Below, in pieces: positions 34,249 to 43,283 of a stretch of DNA of 60,567 nucleotides. A program made the position numbers and the translations under genes. Numbering within the stretch: position 1 is the stretch's first letter; each line of letters begins with the position of its first letter. Source of the DNA: Desulfurococcales archaeon (lineage in GTDB: Archaea; Thermoproteota; Thermoprotei_A; Sulfolobales; NBVN01); contig JALSOP010000022.1 in the NCBI GenBank assembly GCA_026986435.1, positions 1 to 60,567 of the forward strand, given 5' to 3'. The notes under the pieces were generated by a model that ran no database searches, was not told where the DNA came from, and was given only the letters and a program-made list of their open reading frames with translations.

Positions 34249-35019
34249 ATGACCACGGAAATAAGCCCTGCTATGGACTCAATGTTCGAAATTAACCTAA
34301 CTAAAGACGATATACAAACACTAAGTGAGATACTAAACGAGATGAAGGATCCCATAGAAATATATACTTTTATTGGAGATAGATGCAGATACTGCAACAA
34401 CACGGTTAAACTCATAGAGATAATATCGAATTCTGCACCAGTTAGAGATGGCAAGCCGTTAATTCGTCATATAGTGGCAAGAAAAGGGCAGGATGATAAC
34501 CTATTTCAGAGGTTCAACGTCTCAAGAGTGCCAACGGTAGCAATGATTGAGGGCTTCATAAGGTACACCGGGATGCCTGCAGGCGAGGAGGTGAACGGGC
34601 TCATAGAGACAATCCTAAGAATGAGTACAGGCGAGACAGGTCTTGAGGAGGAGACCATGGAACAGCTCTCTGCTCTAAAGGGTAAGGTTCACATAGAGGT
34701 TGTCGTTACTCCGACCTGCCCGTACTGTCCATACGCTGCCCTCATGGCCAACATGTTCGCATATGCCTCGTACTTGAGCGGCAACAAAGCAATAATAGCC
34801 GATACCGTGGAGGCGTACGAGAACCCCGACATCGCGGATAAGTACAACGTATTCAGTGTGCCAGCAATCGCTATTAATGGAAAGGTTGAGTTCATAGGCC
34901 TGCCTACAGAACAGGCTCTGCTGGACGCTGTTGTGAGACATTCCGAGGAGGCATTACGGAAAGAGATGATAAAGAAAACCTTGAGCCAACTGAAGAAGGA
35001 GATAATAGACAGCGAGTAA
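34249..35019 (+). CDS. protein disulfide oxidoreductase (PDO, two thioredoxin folds)
   Basis: Two CxxC sites (CRYC and CPYC), each within a thioredoxin-like unit. The track ORF starts at a TTG at 34228; the ATG at 34249 has GGTGAT upstream. Confidence 0.82.
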   Translation: MTTEISPAMDSMFEINLTKDDIQTLSEILNEMKDPIEIYTFIGDRCRYCNNTVKLIEIISNSAPVRDGKPLIRHIVARKGQDDNLFQRFNVSRVPTVAMIEGFIRYTGMPAGEEVNGLIETILRMSTGETGLEEETMEQLSALKGKVHIEVVVTPTCPYCPYAALMANMFAYASYLSGNKAIIADTVEAYENPDIADKYNVFSVPAIAINGKVEFIGLPTEQALLDAVVRHSEEALRKEMIKKTLSQLKKEIIDSE

Positions 35020-35048
35020 GGCGTAACAGGGCTCTCGTCGAAACCAAC

Positions 35049-35075
35049 GCTTTTATTTTTAAATAAAATTTGAAG
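35049..35075. terminator. bidirectional T-rich terminator region (PDO / nrdJ convergent)
   Basis: The plus strand reads CTTTTATTTTTAAATAAAATTT. This gives oligo-T runs on both strands between the two convergent stop codons. Confidence 0.4.
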
Positions 35076-35103
35076 TAATGCGCCTATCTAGCATAGTAAA
35101 TAG

Positions 35104-37755
35104 CTAGTATTCGCATGTGGCGCAATCCCCTATGTCGCCTTCTTCAAGCACCACCTTCACGTTAAGCCTTCTTATCCGGCTACTCCTTGCAGGGGGTTCT
35201 GAAGCCTGTGCCTGTTTGACGGGGTGTGTTCCCCCACCCAGTGATTGGTGCTCGGAATCTATCGGCGCCTTTTCGGGCTGCTGAGCAGCGGCCTTGGCTT
35301 TCAAGAGTTTCTTTAGTTCCTGTTTCTCCTTCCTCTTTAGCTCCTTCACGCCGAACGTTATGACCTGCGTCTCTTTGCTTCTATCCCTGTACACGGTTAT
35401 ACCTTTGCAGCCCAGCGCCCATGCCAGTAGGTACACCTGCCTTACGTCATCTATGGTAGCCTCGTGTCTTAGATTGACGGTCTTAGACACTGCTGCATCG
35501 ATGTATGTCTGCCAGCTTGCCTGGTGTAGCACATGCCATACTGGGTCTATGTCGTGGGCTGTCCTGTACCTATGCCTTAGGGGCCTGGGCATAAACACGT
35601 TATGTGCTATGCTCCCTGTCTCAGCAACCGCCTCCACGACCTCCGGTTCGTCGAGGCCAAATTTTCTCAGGTCCTCGAGGAAGAGCTTGTTTATTTCGAT
35701 GAACTCGCCCACGGTCACCCTCCTTATGAATGCTAGGGCGAACACCGGCTCTATGCTTGAAGATGTCCCCGCGATTATGCTTATGGTCCCCGTTGGCGCT
35801 ATGGAGAGGGTTGTCGCGTTCCTTATTCCGTGCCTCATCATCTCCTCCTCGAGTGAGCCCCAGTCAACATCGGGGCGCTCACTGATCAGCTCCTTAACAC
35901 GCTCACTGGGCTCTCCCTCAACACCAGCTATTTTCAAGAGTTTCTCAACAGGTCTGGCGGTCTTCCAGAAAGGCATATAGAGCTTGGGGTTCCAGGCAGG
36001 GAACGGCCCCCTCTCTTTCGCGAGTTTTACGGAGGCCCTGTACGCGTTGTAGGCTATCCACTCGGCCAGCTTGCTGGCCAGCACAACAGCGTCTACGGAA
36101 TCGTAGCGTATCCCAAGCCTTATCAGCATGTGGGCCCAGCCCATGACCCCCAGCCCTACCTTCCTCGCTCTCCTCGCAGCCTTCTCCAGCTGGGGCAGCG
36201 GGTACTTGGCCACTGTTATGACGTTATCGAGGAACCTGATCGCTGTCTCGATATCCCTTGCGAGACCATCCCAGTCAATCACTAGCTTGCCGTCTCTCTC
36301 GATGACGTACCTCTCTAGGTTAATGCTCCCAAGATTACATGATTCCCACTCAAGTAAGGGCTCCTCCCCGCAAGGGTTAGTAGCGTTTATTTTCCCTAGG
36401 TACCATGTAGGGTGCCTCCTGTTTATCTCGTCGATGAAGATGAGGCCTGGGTCACCTGACTCCCACGCTCCCTTAACGATCTCCTCGAAAATTTCTGCCG
36501 GATCTTTCCACTCCTTTATCGCACCATTGGCTTCCGCTATTGCCAGGGCCTCATCCCACGTTATGATTACTGTCTCGTCCAGGGGTACTGACCCGCCTCT
36601 CTCCTCCAGCTCGTCCAGGATTACTTTCTGTACCCATTCCTCACTCATCCTGTGCCTGGCCCACACGACGGCGTATTTTCTTGAGTCGTGGGAGCCATCA
36701 ATGCTCGTGAGACGCGGGTTTATGAGAGGCGCCGGCTTCCCTTCCGCGAGGGCGTCAAAGAACCAGTCGTACATCCCGACCGATATGTTGAAGTTCTGGA
36801 ACATTTTGCTCTGGCCGCGCTTGGACCTTATGAAGGCCATAATGTCGGGGTGCCACACATGAAGTATGCCCATGTTGGCGCCTCTCCTTCTCCCTCCCTG
36901 CTTAATCACGTCCGTGTTGAGGTCAAAGATTCTCATAAAGGATAGAGGGCCTGAAGCCGCCCCAGCAGTTGATGCCACGACGTCCCACTGCGGCCTTATC
37001 TCGGAAAATGAGAAACCTGTCCCGCCGCCCTGCTGGAATATTATTGCCTGTGCCCTCACAGCATCGTATATTCCCTCCCCCTCTGGCGTGGTCATCGCGT
37101 CCCTGACCGGCACCACAAAGCATGCAGAGAGGATCCCGAGCTTCGTCCCAGCGTTCATGAGTGTGGGCGAGTTCGGGAGGAACCTCCTCTCGGCCATAAG
37201 ACGGAAGTACTTCTCCTCCATTTCTGCAGCCAGCCTATCGCACACATCCTCCGGGTTACCTGCCTCGAGACAGTGGATCCTATCTGCTTTGGCTATGTGT
37301 CTAGCAACCCTTCTAAACATCATGGCGGGAGTCTCAAGGAGCGTGAAGGTCTTGACATCCTTGAGGAGGTACCTCGAAATCAGTACCCTGAGAGCTGAGT
37401 AGGAGAGGCCCTCATCTACGGGGTCGAACTTATCCCACTTACCCTTCCCGAACACCTGATTATAGATACGAGCGAGAAGTAGCGCCTTCGCCGCTAACTC
37501 GGTTCTAGAGTCCTTAACTACCCTTGAAATCAGTGCCTTCTCAATCCTGTCAGCTATCTCGGCACTCCACACCCTCCTATCCTTCTTCTCCGAAAGCTCG
37601 AAAAGAACATCGTCAACGATCTCATCAAGCATCTCCGGTATCCCGGCATAACTCAGTCCCTTCAACACACTCCTTCTGAGCTTCTCAAGCGAGAACCTCT
37701 CCTCCCTACCGTCTCTCTTGACTACGATGATCTTAGCTATATCTAGCAACACCAC
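35104..37755 (-). CDS. nrdJ: adenosylcobalamin-dependent ribonucleotide reductase (class II, NrdJ) with N-terminal ATP-cone
   Basis: 883 aa. ATP-cone ([20 protein letters not shown]), catalytic [16 protein letters not shown] block and a C-terminal CATCEY redox tail. There is no intein-sized insertion. Confidence 0.92.
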   Translation of the reverse strand: MVLLDIAKIIVVKRDGREERFSLEKLRRSVLKGLSYAGIPEMLDEIVDDVLFELSEKKDRRVWSAEIADRIEKALISRVVKDSRTELAAKALLLARIYNQVFGKGKWDKFDPVDEGLSYSALRVLISRYLLKDVKTFTLLETPAMMFRRVARHIAKADRIHCLEAGNPEDVCDRLAAEMEEKYFRLMAERRFLPNSPTLMNAGTKLGILSACFVVPVRDAMTTPEGEGIYDAVRAQAIIFQQGGGTGFSFSEIRPQWDVVASTAGAASGPLSFMRIFDLNTDVIKQGGRRRGANMGILHVWHPDIMAFIRSKRGQSKMFQNFNISVGMYDWFFDALAEGKPAPLINPRLTSIDGSHDSRKYAVVWARHRMSEEWVQKVILDELEERGGSVPLDETVIITWDEALAIAEANGAIKEWKDPAEIFEEIVKGAWESGDPGLIFIDEINRRHPTWYLGKINATNPCGEEPLLEWESCNLGSINLERYVIERDGKLVIDWDGLARDIETAIRFLDNVITVAKYPLPQLEKAARRARKVGLGVMGWAHMLIRLGIRYDSVDAVVLASKLAEWIAYNAYRASVKLAKERGPFPAWNPKLYMPFWKTARPVEKLLKIAGVEGEPSERVKELISERPDVDWGSLEEEMMRHGIRNATTLSIAPTGTISIIAGTSSSIEPVFALAFIRRVTVGEFIEINKLFLEDLRKFGLDEPEVVEAVAETGSIAHNVFMPRPLRHRYRTAHDIDPVWHVLHQASWQTYIDAAVSKTVNLRHEATIDDVRQVYLLAWALGCKGITVYRDRSKETQVITFGVKELKRKEKQELKKLLKAKAAAQQPEKAPIDSEHQSLGGGTHPVKQAQASEPPARSSRIRRLNVKVVLEEGDIGDCATCEY

Positions 37756-37907
37756 ACCCTATCATAGAAATCTTAGATGATGTATGAACATCGGAAGTCG
37801 TTTAGTTCGGGCCCTCCAGAAGAGAGAGGTAATACCGGGGTAAGGCCGGGGGAGGGGGTACGAACGTTTACGTTGTTTATAAATTATAGATTATGTATTA
37901 AATCCGG

Positions 37908-39053
37908 TTAGACAGCCTTATATTTCTCATACCAGGACTCGTAGGCGCTTAGCACGCCCGGCGCAACACTCGGACGGATCACCTCTATAGCCTCGAGGAA
38001 GTCCTGCATTGTCACAGGCCTCGCCTCGCCCTTCCCGCCGGTCTTCTGGAAGAGCTCCTTCACGGTCCTTAGGTGGGCCCTTATCACGATCTGCTGTATG
38101 TCGTGCCCGGTGTAGCCCTCTGTCTTCCTCGCCAGCTCCTCGAAGTCTACGTCGGGTGCTAATCTGATCTTCCTCGTGAAGAGCTTGAAGAGCTTGATGC
38201 GCGCCTCCTTGTTGGGCAACGGCACATAGATCCTCTTCTGGAACCTCCTGATGAAGCCCATATCCAGTCTCCAGGGCTTGTTGGTCGCGGCTATGACATA
38301 CACGAATTCCTTGTTATTGCCCTTACTGTTCAGCCCGTCCATCTCCTTAAGGAACTGATTCCTTACCCTGACCTCTCCGCCCACCTCGTTACTGAAGTGC
38401 CCGAGCAGCGAGTCAACCTCGTCCATGAATATGACAACGGGCTTACCTGTGGCAGCCAGCTCCCTGGCCTTCCTGAATATGGCCGATACCTTTTTCTCGG
38501 CCTCTCCTAACCACTTAGACATTATGGACGCTGAGTCGACCTCTATGAAGTAACCGTCTATCTCGTTCGCTACTGCAGCCGCTAGCAGGGTCTTGCCACA
38601 GCCAGGGGGGCCAAAGAGTAGGATGCCCTTTGGCCACCCTAGCGGAAACAGGTCCGGCCTCCTGGTGGGATATATTATTGCCTCCTTGATCGCTTCCTTG
38701 GCTTCCTCGAGGTCTGCTATGTCGTCGAAGGTGACGCCGCTCTTCTCCTTAACTATCATGTTCTCTACCTCTGCAGCGACCTGCTGTGGGTTATCTCCGT
38801 CCCCTACCCTTAGGCCTTCTCTGTCCATCGCCTCGAGTTCCTTGGCCCTCCTCTCGTAGCTGACTATCCATTCCTTATAGACATGGGCAAGACCCATGTC
38901 TGGGTAGAGCTGCACGAGCTTCCTAAGAACGCTTGAGGCCTTCCTATAGTACTTGGCCGCCTTCCCGTACTCTCCCTGTCTCTCGAGTTTGAGCGCCTGG
39001 ACCACGTATCCGCGCGCAATGTTCTCTAGGTACTCGGCTGACGAGACCGCCAT
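37908..39053 (-). CDS. cdvC: cell-division AAA+ ATPase CdvC (Vps4 homologue)
   Basis: N-terminal MIT domain followed by one AAA cassette (ILLFGPPGCGKTLLA, Walker B IIFMDEVD). Confidence 0.93.
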   Translation of the reverse strand: MAVSSAEYLENIARGYVVQALKLERQGEYGKAAKYYRKASSVLRKLVQLYPDMGLAHVYKEWIVSYERRAKELEAMDREGLRVGDGDNPQQVAAEVENMIVKEKSGVTFDDIADLEEAKEAIKEAIIYPTRRPDLFPLGWPKGILLFGPPGCGKTLLAAAVANEIDGYFIEVDSASIMSKWLGEAEKKVSAIFRKARELAATGKPVVIFMDEVDSLLGHFSNEVGGEVRVRNQFLKEMDGLNSKGNNKEFVYVIAATNKPWRLDMGFIRRFQKRIYVPLPNKEARIKLFKLFTRKIRLAPDVDFEELARKTEGYTGHDIQQIVIRAHLRTVKELFQKTGGKGEARPVTMQDFLEAIEVIRPSVAPGVLSAYESWYEKYKAV

Positions 39054-39094
39054 TGCATAACACCTCTGTTATTAAGTGTCAAATGTGTGTTTGC

Positions 39095-39832
39095 CTAAAA
39101 GATGAGTTTGCCTTGGCTCTTCAGCCTGTGGAGTGAGGCCCTTATCTCCTCCCTCGGCACCCCTATCTCGCTCGCAGCGTCAGCGACGTCAATGAAGCCG
39201 CCGTGGGCCACTATGTACTCCAGGACTTTCCTGTCCACCTCCTCAGGGCTCATTAGTTTCCTAGGTATCTTCACTGGGGCCTTGACCGTGTTGCTGTCCC
39301 TCACCACGACACCTACTTTCTCGTCTCCCTCACCCATCCTCTTAACGACCTCGAAGACTGTGAGCGGCATCGTCTGCTCTATCTTCTCATTAACTAGCTC
39401 CTTGATCCTCTTCAGCTCCTCCTCAGACTCCCTAGTCACTATGTACGGGTTCTCCGGGACCTCGTGAACAGGGGCTGTCGATGCGGTTATACTGTTCACC
39501 TGCTCTATTATCGAGTCCATAGCGCGGGCAAGCCTTGGCATCACTTCCTCAGCGTACGGCTTGAGCCCGGAGAGCAGGCCCGATATGTTGACCATCACGT
39601 TCGCCACGTCGGATACGTCGCTTATTGTCTCAAGCCTCTCGATTATCCTCTCTATGCCCACGTGGATCACGTTTAGGTGGGCTGCGAGCTTCCTGACAGT
39701 GTAGAGCTCGTCTGCGTAGATGAGTGCCCTCTCCTTATGGTTGTGCATGTAGGCGTCGACTGCTTTGTGTGTCAGCATGTTGTACCTCTTCTTCATCCTC
39801 TGAACAGCTATCGCTACCTCCTCCTGGTACAT
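39095..39832 (-). CDS. cdvB: ESCRT-III-like cell-division protein CdvB (Snf7 core plus C-terminal winged helix)
   Basis: The helical core aligns by eye with Sulfolobus CdvB. The C-terminal wH is VLEYIVAHGGFIDVADAASEIGVPREEIRASLHRLKSQGKLIF. It lies between cdvA and cdvC. The frame stays open upstream to 39965, and the conserved N-terminal helix lies upstream of the first ATG (see finding). Confidence 0.88.
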   Translation of the reverse strand: MYQEEVAIAVQRMKKRYNMLTHKAVDAYMHNHKERALIYADELYTVRKLAAHLNVIHVGIERIIERLETISDVSDVANVMVNISGLLSGLKPYAEEVMPRLARAMDSIIEQVNSITASTAPVHEVPENPYIVTRESEEELKRIKELVNEKIEQTMPLTVFEVVKRMGEGDEKVGVVVRDSNTVKAPVKIPRKLMSPEEVDRKVLEYIVAHGGFIDVADAASEIGVPREEIRASLHRLKSQGKLIF

Positions 39833-39990
39833 TCTCAGCTTAACGATTATCTCGTGGATGCTAGCCCTTATCTTGGCCTCCTCGCTAGGGGTCAGCCCCC
39901 TCAGTATCCAGTTGAAGAAACCGCTAATCCCTCCGCTTAAAATACCAGGTGTCAGGCCACATCACCCCCTCCGCCCGGCCGATCACTCCC

Positions 39991-40713
39991 TTAGGCCGTC
40001 TCTAGCGCTGCTGGGTCGATTATCTGAACCTTCAGGGGCTGCTCGGGCTTGGGAGCCTCCTTAGCGGCACTAACTGAACGAGCTGCGGGCTTCACGGCGC
40101 TTGCCTCGCGCTCTAGTCTGTCGATCTGTGCTCTGTGGGAGTTTATGTCCTCCATCTCCTCCTTGTTCCAGTTCTTTAGAGACTCCATGTATTCGAACGC
40201 CTTCTTAAAGGGCTCCTCGTCGATCTCCCCGCTCATGAACATCATCTGGAGGTTGGCCATGTCTCTGTCGAGCCTCATATTCCTTACCTCGAGCTCCCTA
40301 TACCTCTTCCTCAGCATCTCCTTCACGTTCTTGACCTCCGCCTTGATCTTCTCGAAGGCGTTGCTGAGGGACTTCTTCATCTCTTCATAGATGTTGGCGG
40401 GTATCTTCCCCTGCCTGAAGAGGTTGTCGACGGCATTGAGCCTCTTCCTAACCCTCTCAAGCCTGCTCTCAACCTCTATCGCCGCCACCTTCCACTCCGG
40501 TATAACGAGCAGGGCATCGGGGGTGACCTTGAGCCTCTTGGCCTCAACCTTAACGATCTCGAAGTCATTGGTCGCTATCTCCACGTACTTCACGATGCCA
40601 AAACCTTCCTCGTCTGTGTGGACCGATATCATCTTACCAACTACGCGACCGTAAGGATCCTTAACCTCACGCCCGACGAACTTCTCTATAGTGTCAACGG
40701 TTAGGGAGGACAT
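39991..40713 (-). CDS. cdvA: cell-division protein CdvA (PRC barrel plus coiled coil)
   Basis: PRC-barrel N-terminus (FVGREVKDPYGRVVGKMISV...) followed by a long coiled coil. It is the first gene of the cdvABC operon. Confidence 0.88.
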   Translation of the reverse strand: MSSLTVDTIEKFVGREVKDPYGRVVGKMISVHTDEEGFGIVKYVEIATNDFEIVKVEAKRLKVTPDALLVIPEWKVAAIEVESRLERVRKRLNAVDNLFRQGKIPANIYEEMKKSLSNAFEKIKAEVKNVKEMLRKRYRELEVRNMRLDRDMANLQMMFMSGEIDEEPFKKAFEYMESLKNWNKEEMEDINSHRAQIDRLEREASAVKPAARSVSAAKEAPKPEQPLKVQIIDPAALETA

Positions 40714-40816
40714 TTTCTTTGCACACCCAATCTTTGAGGGCGCCCTAGAAATCCTTAAAAAGAGTCTGTCCTTTCAGTCACCCGAATAAGATAAAGGCCT
40801 TACAGAGTACCCATGG

Positions 40817-42109
40817 GTGGTGTACGAATTGAGCAACCCCTTCGAGGTAGTCTCGGTGAATGCGATAACTGTTCTCGACTCCCGAGGCAACCCAACCATC
40901 GAGGTTGAGGTCGAAACAAATGAGGGAGCGGGTGTTGGCATAGCCCCGGCAGGGGCCTCAAGAGGGAAGCGAGAGGCTGTTGACCTGAGGGACGGTGGGA
41001 GGCCATTCGGTGGCATGGGGGTCCAGAAGGCCATAGAGTCCGTGAGAAAGTACATAGCGCCCGCGATCATTGGGATGAACTCGTTCTACTTCCGTGAGGT
41101 GGACAGGGCAATCATACAGCTCGACGGAACACCCAACAAGTCCAGGCTAGGAGGAAACGCCACGACAGCGACATCAATAGCCGTAATTAACGCCGCCGCA
41201 AACACCGCGGGCATACCCCTCTTCGAGTTCATAGGTGGGAGGCGAGCAAGAGTCCTCCCAACACCCATGATGAACATAATCAATGGCGGCGCACACGCGG
41301 GGAACGAACTAGCGATTCAGGAGTTCATGATAGTACCCGTTGGGGCAGACACCTTCTTCGACGCTATGAGGATCGCTGTTGAAGTATACAAGCAACTGAA
41401 GAGCGAACTCAAGACCAAGTACGGCGCGGGCGCTATAAACGTGGGCGATGAGGGAGGCTTCGCACCACCGATGAAGGAGACGCGGGAAGCCCTAAACGCC
41501 CTCGTTGAAGCTATCAAAGGTGCAGGGTACGGTGATGAGGACGTCATGATAGCGATCGACGCGGCGGCCTCCCAGTTCTTTGAGAGCGATGACGGCGTCT
41601 ACAAGATCGATGGGAGAAGTCTGAGCCCGGATGACCTCGTCGAGTACTACTCCGGGCTTGTGGACGAGTACCCCATAATCAGTATAGAGGACCCATTCAG
41701 CGAAGACGACCCCTCCCACTTCGCCGAGCTGAGGAAGAAGGTGATCGGCAAGGTACTCATCATAGGCGATGACCTAACGGTTACGAGGGCAAGCATAATC
41801 TCAGAAATGATTAGTGAGAGGGCAATAGACGGAGCAATAATCAAGGTCAACCAGGCCGGCACCATCACAGAGGCCGAGGAAGCAATCGAGGTACTCCATC
41901 TCAACAATAAGAGAGCTATAATCAGCCACAGGAGTGGCGAGACAGAGGACGTGACGATCGCTCACCTTGCGGTCGGATACGGAACAGGGCTGATAAAGAC
42001 AGGTGCCCCTGCGAGAGGAGAGAGAACTGCAAAGTACAACGAACTCCTGCGCATCGAAGCATACCTCGGCGGCGAAGCCATTTACCTGGGTAAAAAGGCC
42101 TTCTTTTAA
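40817..42109 (+). CDS. eno: enolase (phosphopyruvate hydratase)
   Basis: ...ITVLDSRGNPTIEVEV..., ...IKVNQAGTITEAEEA..., ...SHRSGETED... The start is a GTG. Confidence 0.95.
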   Translation: MVYELSNPFEVVSVNAITVLDSRGNPTIEVEVETNEGAGVGIAPAGASRGKREAVDLRDGGRPFGGMGVQKAIESVRKYIAPAIIGMNSFYFREVDRAIIQLDGTPNKSRLGGNATTATSIAVINAAANTAGIPLFEFIGGRRARVLPTPMMNIINGGAHAGNELAIQEFMIVPVGADTFFDAMRIAVEVYKQLKSELKTKYGAGAINVGDEGGFAPPMKETREALNALVEAIKGAGYGDEDVMIAIDAAASQFFESDDGVYKIDGRSLSPDDLVEYYSGLVDEYPIISIEDPFSEDDPSHFAELRKKVIGKVLIIGDDLTVTRASIISEMISERAIDGAIIKVNQAGTITEAEEAIEVLHLNNKRAIISHRSGETEDVTIAHLAVGYGTGLIKTGAPARGERTAKYNELLRIEAYLGGEAIYLGKKAFF

Positions 42110-42345
42110 GGTAACACGGCCGCCAGCCCTATCATAATGACCCCGAGCGCTAGCAGGAACAGCGAGAACTCCTTAACTGACATATTAAGTATCTTTTTTG
42201 AGAGCCTTACGGCCCCGTAAGCAGCGTACCCTACGCCTATGGCTAGAATCAGCATGAAGCCTGTCACAGCAAGCCACTGAGCCGTCCCGCTTGGGCTCAC
42301 ACCGCTGAACCAACTCAGTATGGACTGGATCGCCTCCACACCCAT
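42106..42345 (-). CDS. hypothetical small membrane protein
   Basis: 79 aa with two predicted TM helices. Confidence 0.4.
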   Translation of the reverse strand: MGVEAIQSILSWFSGVSPSGTAQWLAVTGFMLILAIGVGYAAYGAVRLSKKILNMSVKEFSLFLLALGVIMIGLAAVLP

Positions 42346-42416
42346 CTAGACACCGTTCATGGTAACGGAACGCATTAATCGTTTAAAGCCTGGGGCCCTT
42401 AGGGGGATGAACGGCT

Positions 42417-42465
42417 ATGATGAGGGTTAAAAGCGATGATCAGTGATTGGGGGCCAGAACTCTGA
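42417..42465 (+). ncRNA. candidate C/D-box sRNA
   Basis: ATGATGA(C)-GGGTTAAAAGCG(12)-ATGA(D' variant)-TCA-GTGATTG(C' variant)-GGGGCCAGAACT(12)-CTGA(D). GGGCCC lies on both flanks (42394 and 42475) and could form a terminal stem. Confidence 0.5.
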
Positions 42466-42543
42466 GCCGCTGAGCGGGCCCACGCCTTCGCCCTCTTAGT
42501 AAACCCTTTTACCGCGGCCACCCATCGGCTATGGTGCGAGCGA

Positions 42544-42852
42544 ATGGCCAAGTGCCCGAGGTGCGGTACAGAGGTTAAAGAACCTGTGAAGACCTGGCAG
42601 CTTGTCTCGCCACTACCCGACAGCGAGGGAAGAATAACTATAACGGTCATGGGGTCCTTCGTGTGCCCCAACTGCGGTTATAGATGGCGCGGGAAGGTGA
42701 GCATCCTCAAGGTGGGGCCTGACGGAACCACGGAGATACTGAAACCCGGCAAGAGAAGAAGAGGAAGGAGAAAAAAGAAGAGAGAGGAGAGGCCCAAGGA
42801 GGAGGGCACCGTGATAGAGATTGACATAAGCGACATCTATGAGGAACTTTAG
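42544..42852 (+). CDS. hypothetical Zn-ribbon protein with Arg/Lys-rich tail
   Basis: CPRCG...CPNCG followed by KRRRGRRKKKREERPKEE. Confidence 0.55.
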   Translation: MAKCPRCGTEVKEPVKTWQLVSPLPDSEGRITITVMGSFVCPNCGYRWRGKVSILKVGPDGTTEILKPGKRRRGRRKKKREERPKEEGTVIEIDISDIYEEL

Positions 42853-42857
42853 TCGGG

Positions 42858-43283
42858 GTGTCCGCGACGAGGAAGGTAAGTGCCTCAACTGTCATTGACG
42901 CGGTTATTTTCATCTTAGTAATATCATTCCTCGTTCTAAACCTACTGGGAATAGTGACACTTGCCGTGGTCGAGGGCAAGTCAATGGAGCCAACACTACA
43001 GACCGGGGATCTTGTCCTGGTGATCAGGGTATCACCTAAGGACATACATGTCGGAGACATCATCGTCTATAAGAAACTAGGTGGAACGTTCATAATACAC
43101 AGGGTCATAAAGATAAAGCACGTCGACGACCAGTTCTACTACGTAACGCAGGGCGACAATAACCCGATACCCGACGGGCCAGGGGTTCCGTATAGGGACG
43201 TGATCGGGAAGGTTGTGTCCATTAACGACGCACCGATTAAGATACCTGTCATAGGCTACTTATCACTAATGTTCAGGCCATGA
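42858..43283 (+). CDS. signal peptidase I (archaeal Sec11/S26B type)
   Basis: An N-terminal TM helix followed by VVEGKSMEPTLQTGDLVLV (catalytic Ser box) and GDNN. The start is a GTG. Confidence 0.85.
   Translation: MSATRKVSASTVIDAVIFILVISFLVLNLLGIVTLAVVEGKSMEPTLQTGDLVLVIRVSPKDIHVGDIIVYKKLGGTFIIHRVIKIKHVDDQFYYVTQGDNNPIPDGPGVPYRDVIGKVVSINDAPIKIPVIGYLSLMFRP

Noticed and set aside
34203-34250. Two TTGATGA motifs 26 nt apart before the PDO gene
   Set aside because: No CUGA boxes follow at guide distance. The second motif overlaps the PDO ribosome-binding and start region.
37777-37810. ATGATGT + 12 nt in the long gap between nrdJ and cdvC
   Set aside because: It is followed by AGTC, not a D'-like box, and no downstream C'/D pair exists. 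The strand also runs against both flanking genes. The gap more likely holds the cdvC terminator and the nrdJ promoter with a ~100-nt leader.
40736-40745. 10-bp perfect palindrome AGGGCGCCCT between the cdvA TATA-like box (CTTTTTAAGG) and the cdvA start
   Set aside because: Its position is operator-like. However, a 10-bp perfect palindrome is expected dozens of times by chance in 60 kb, and there is no second copy or extended symmetry. That is too weak to report as a finding.
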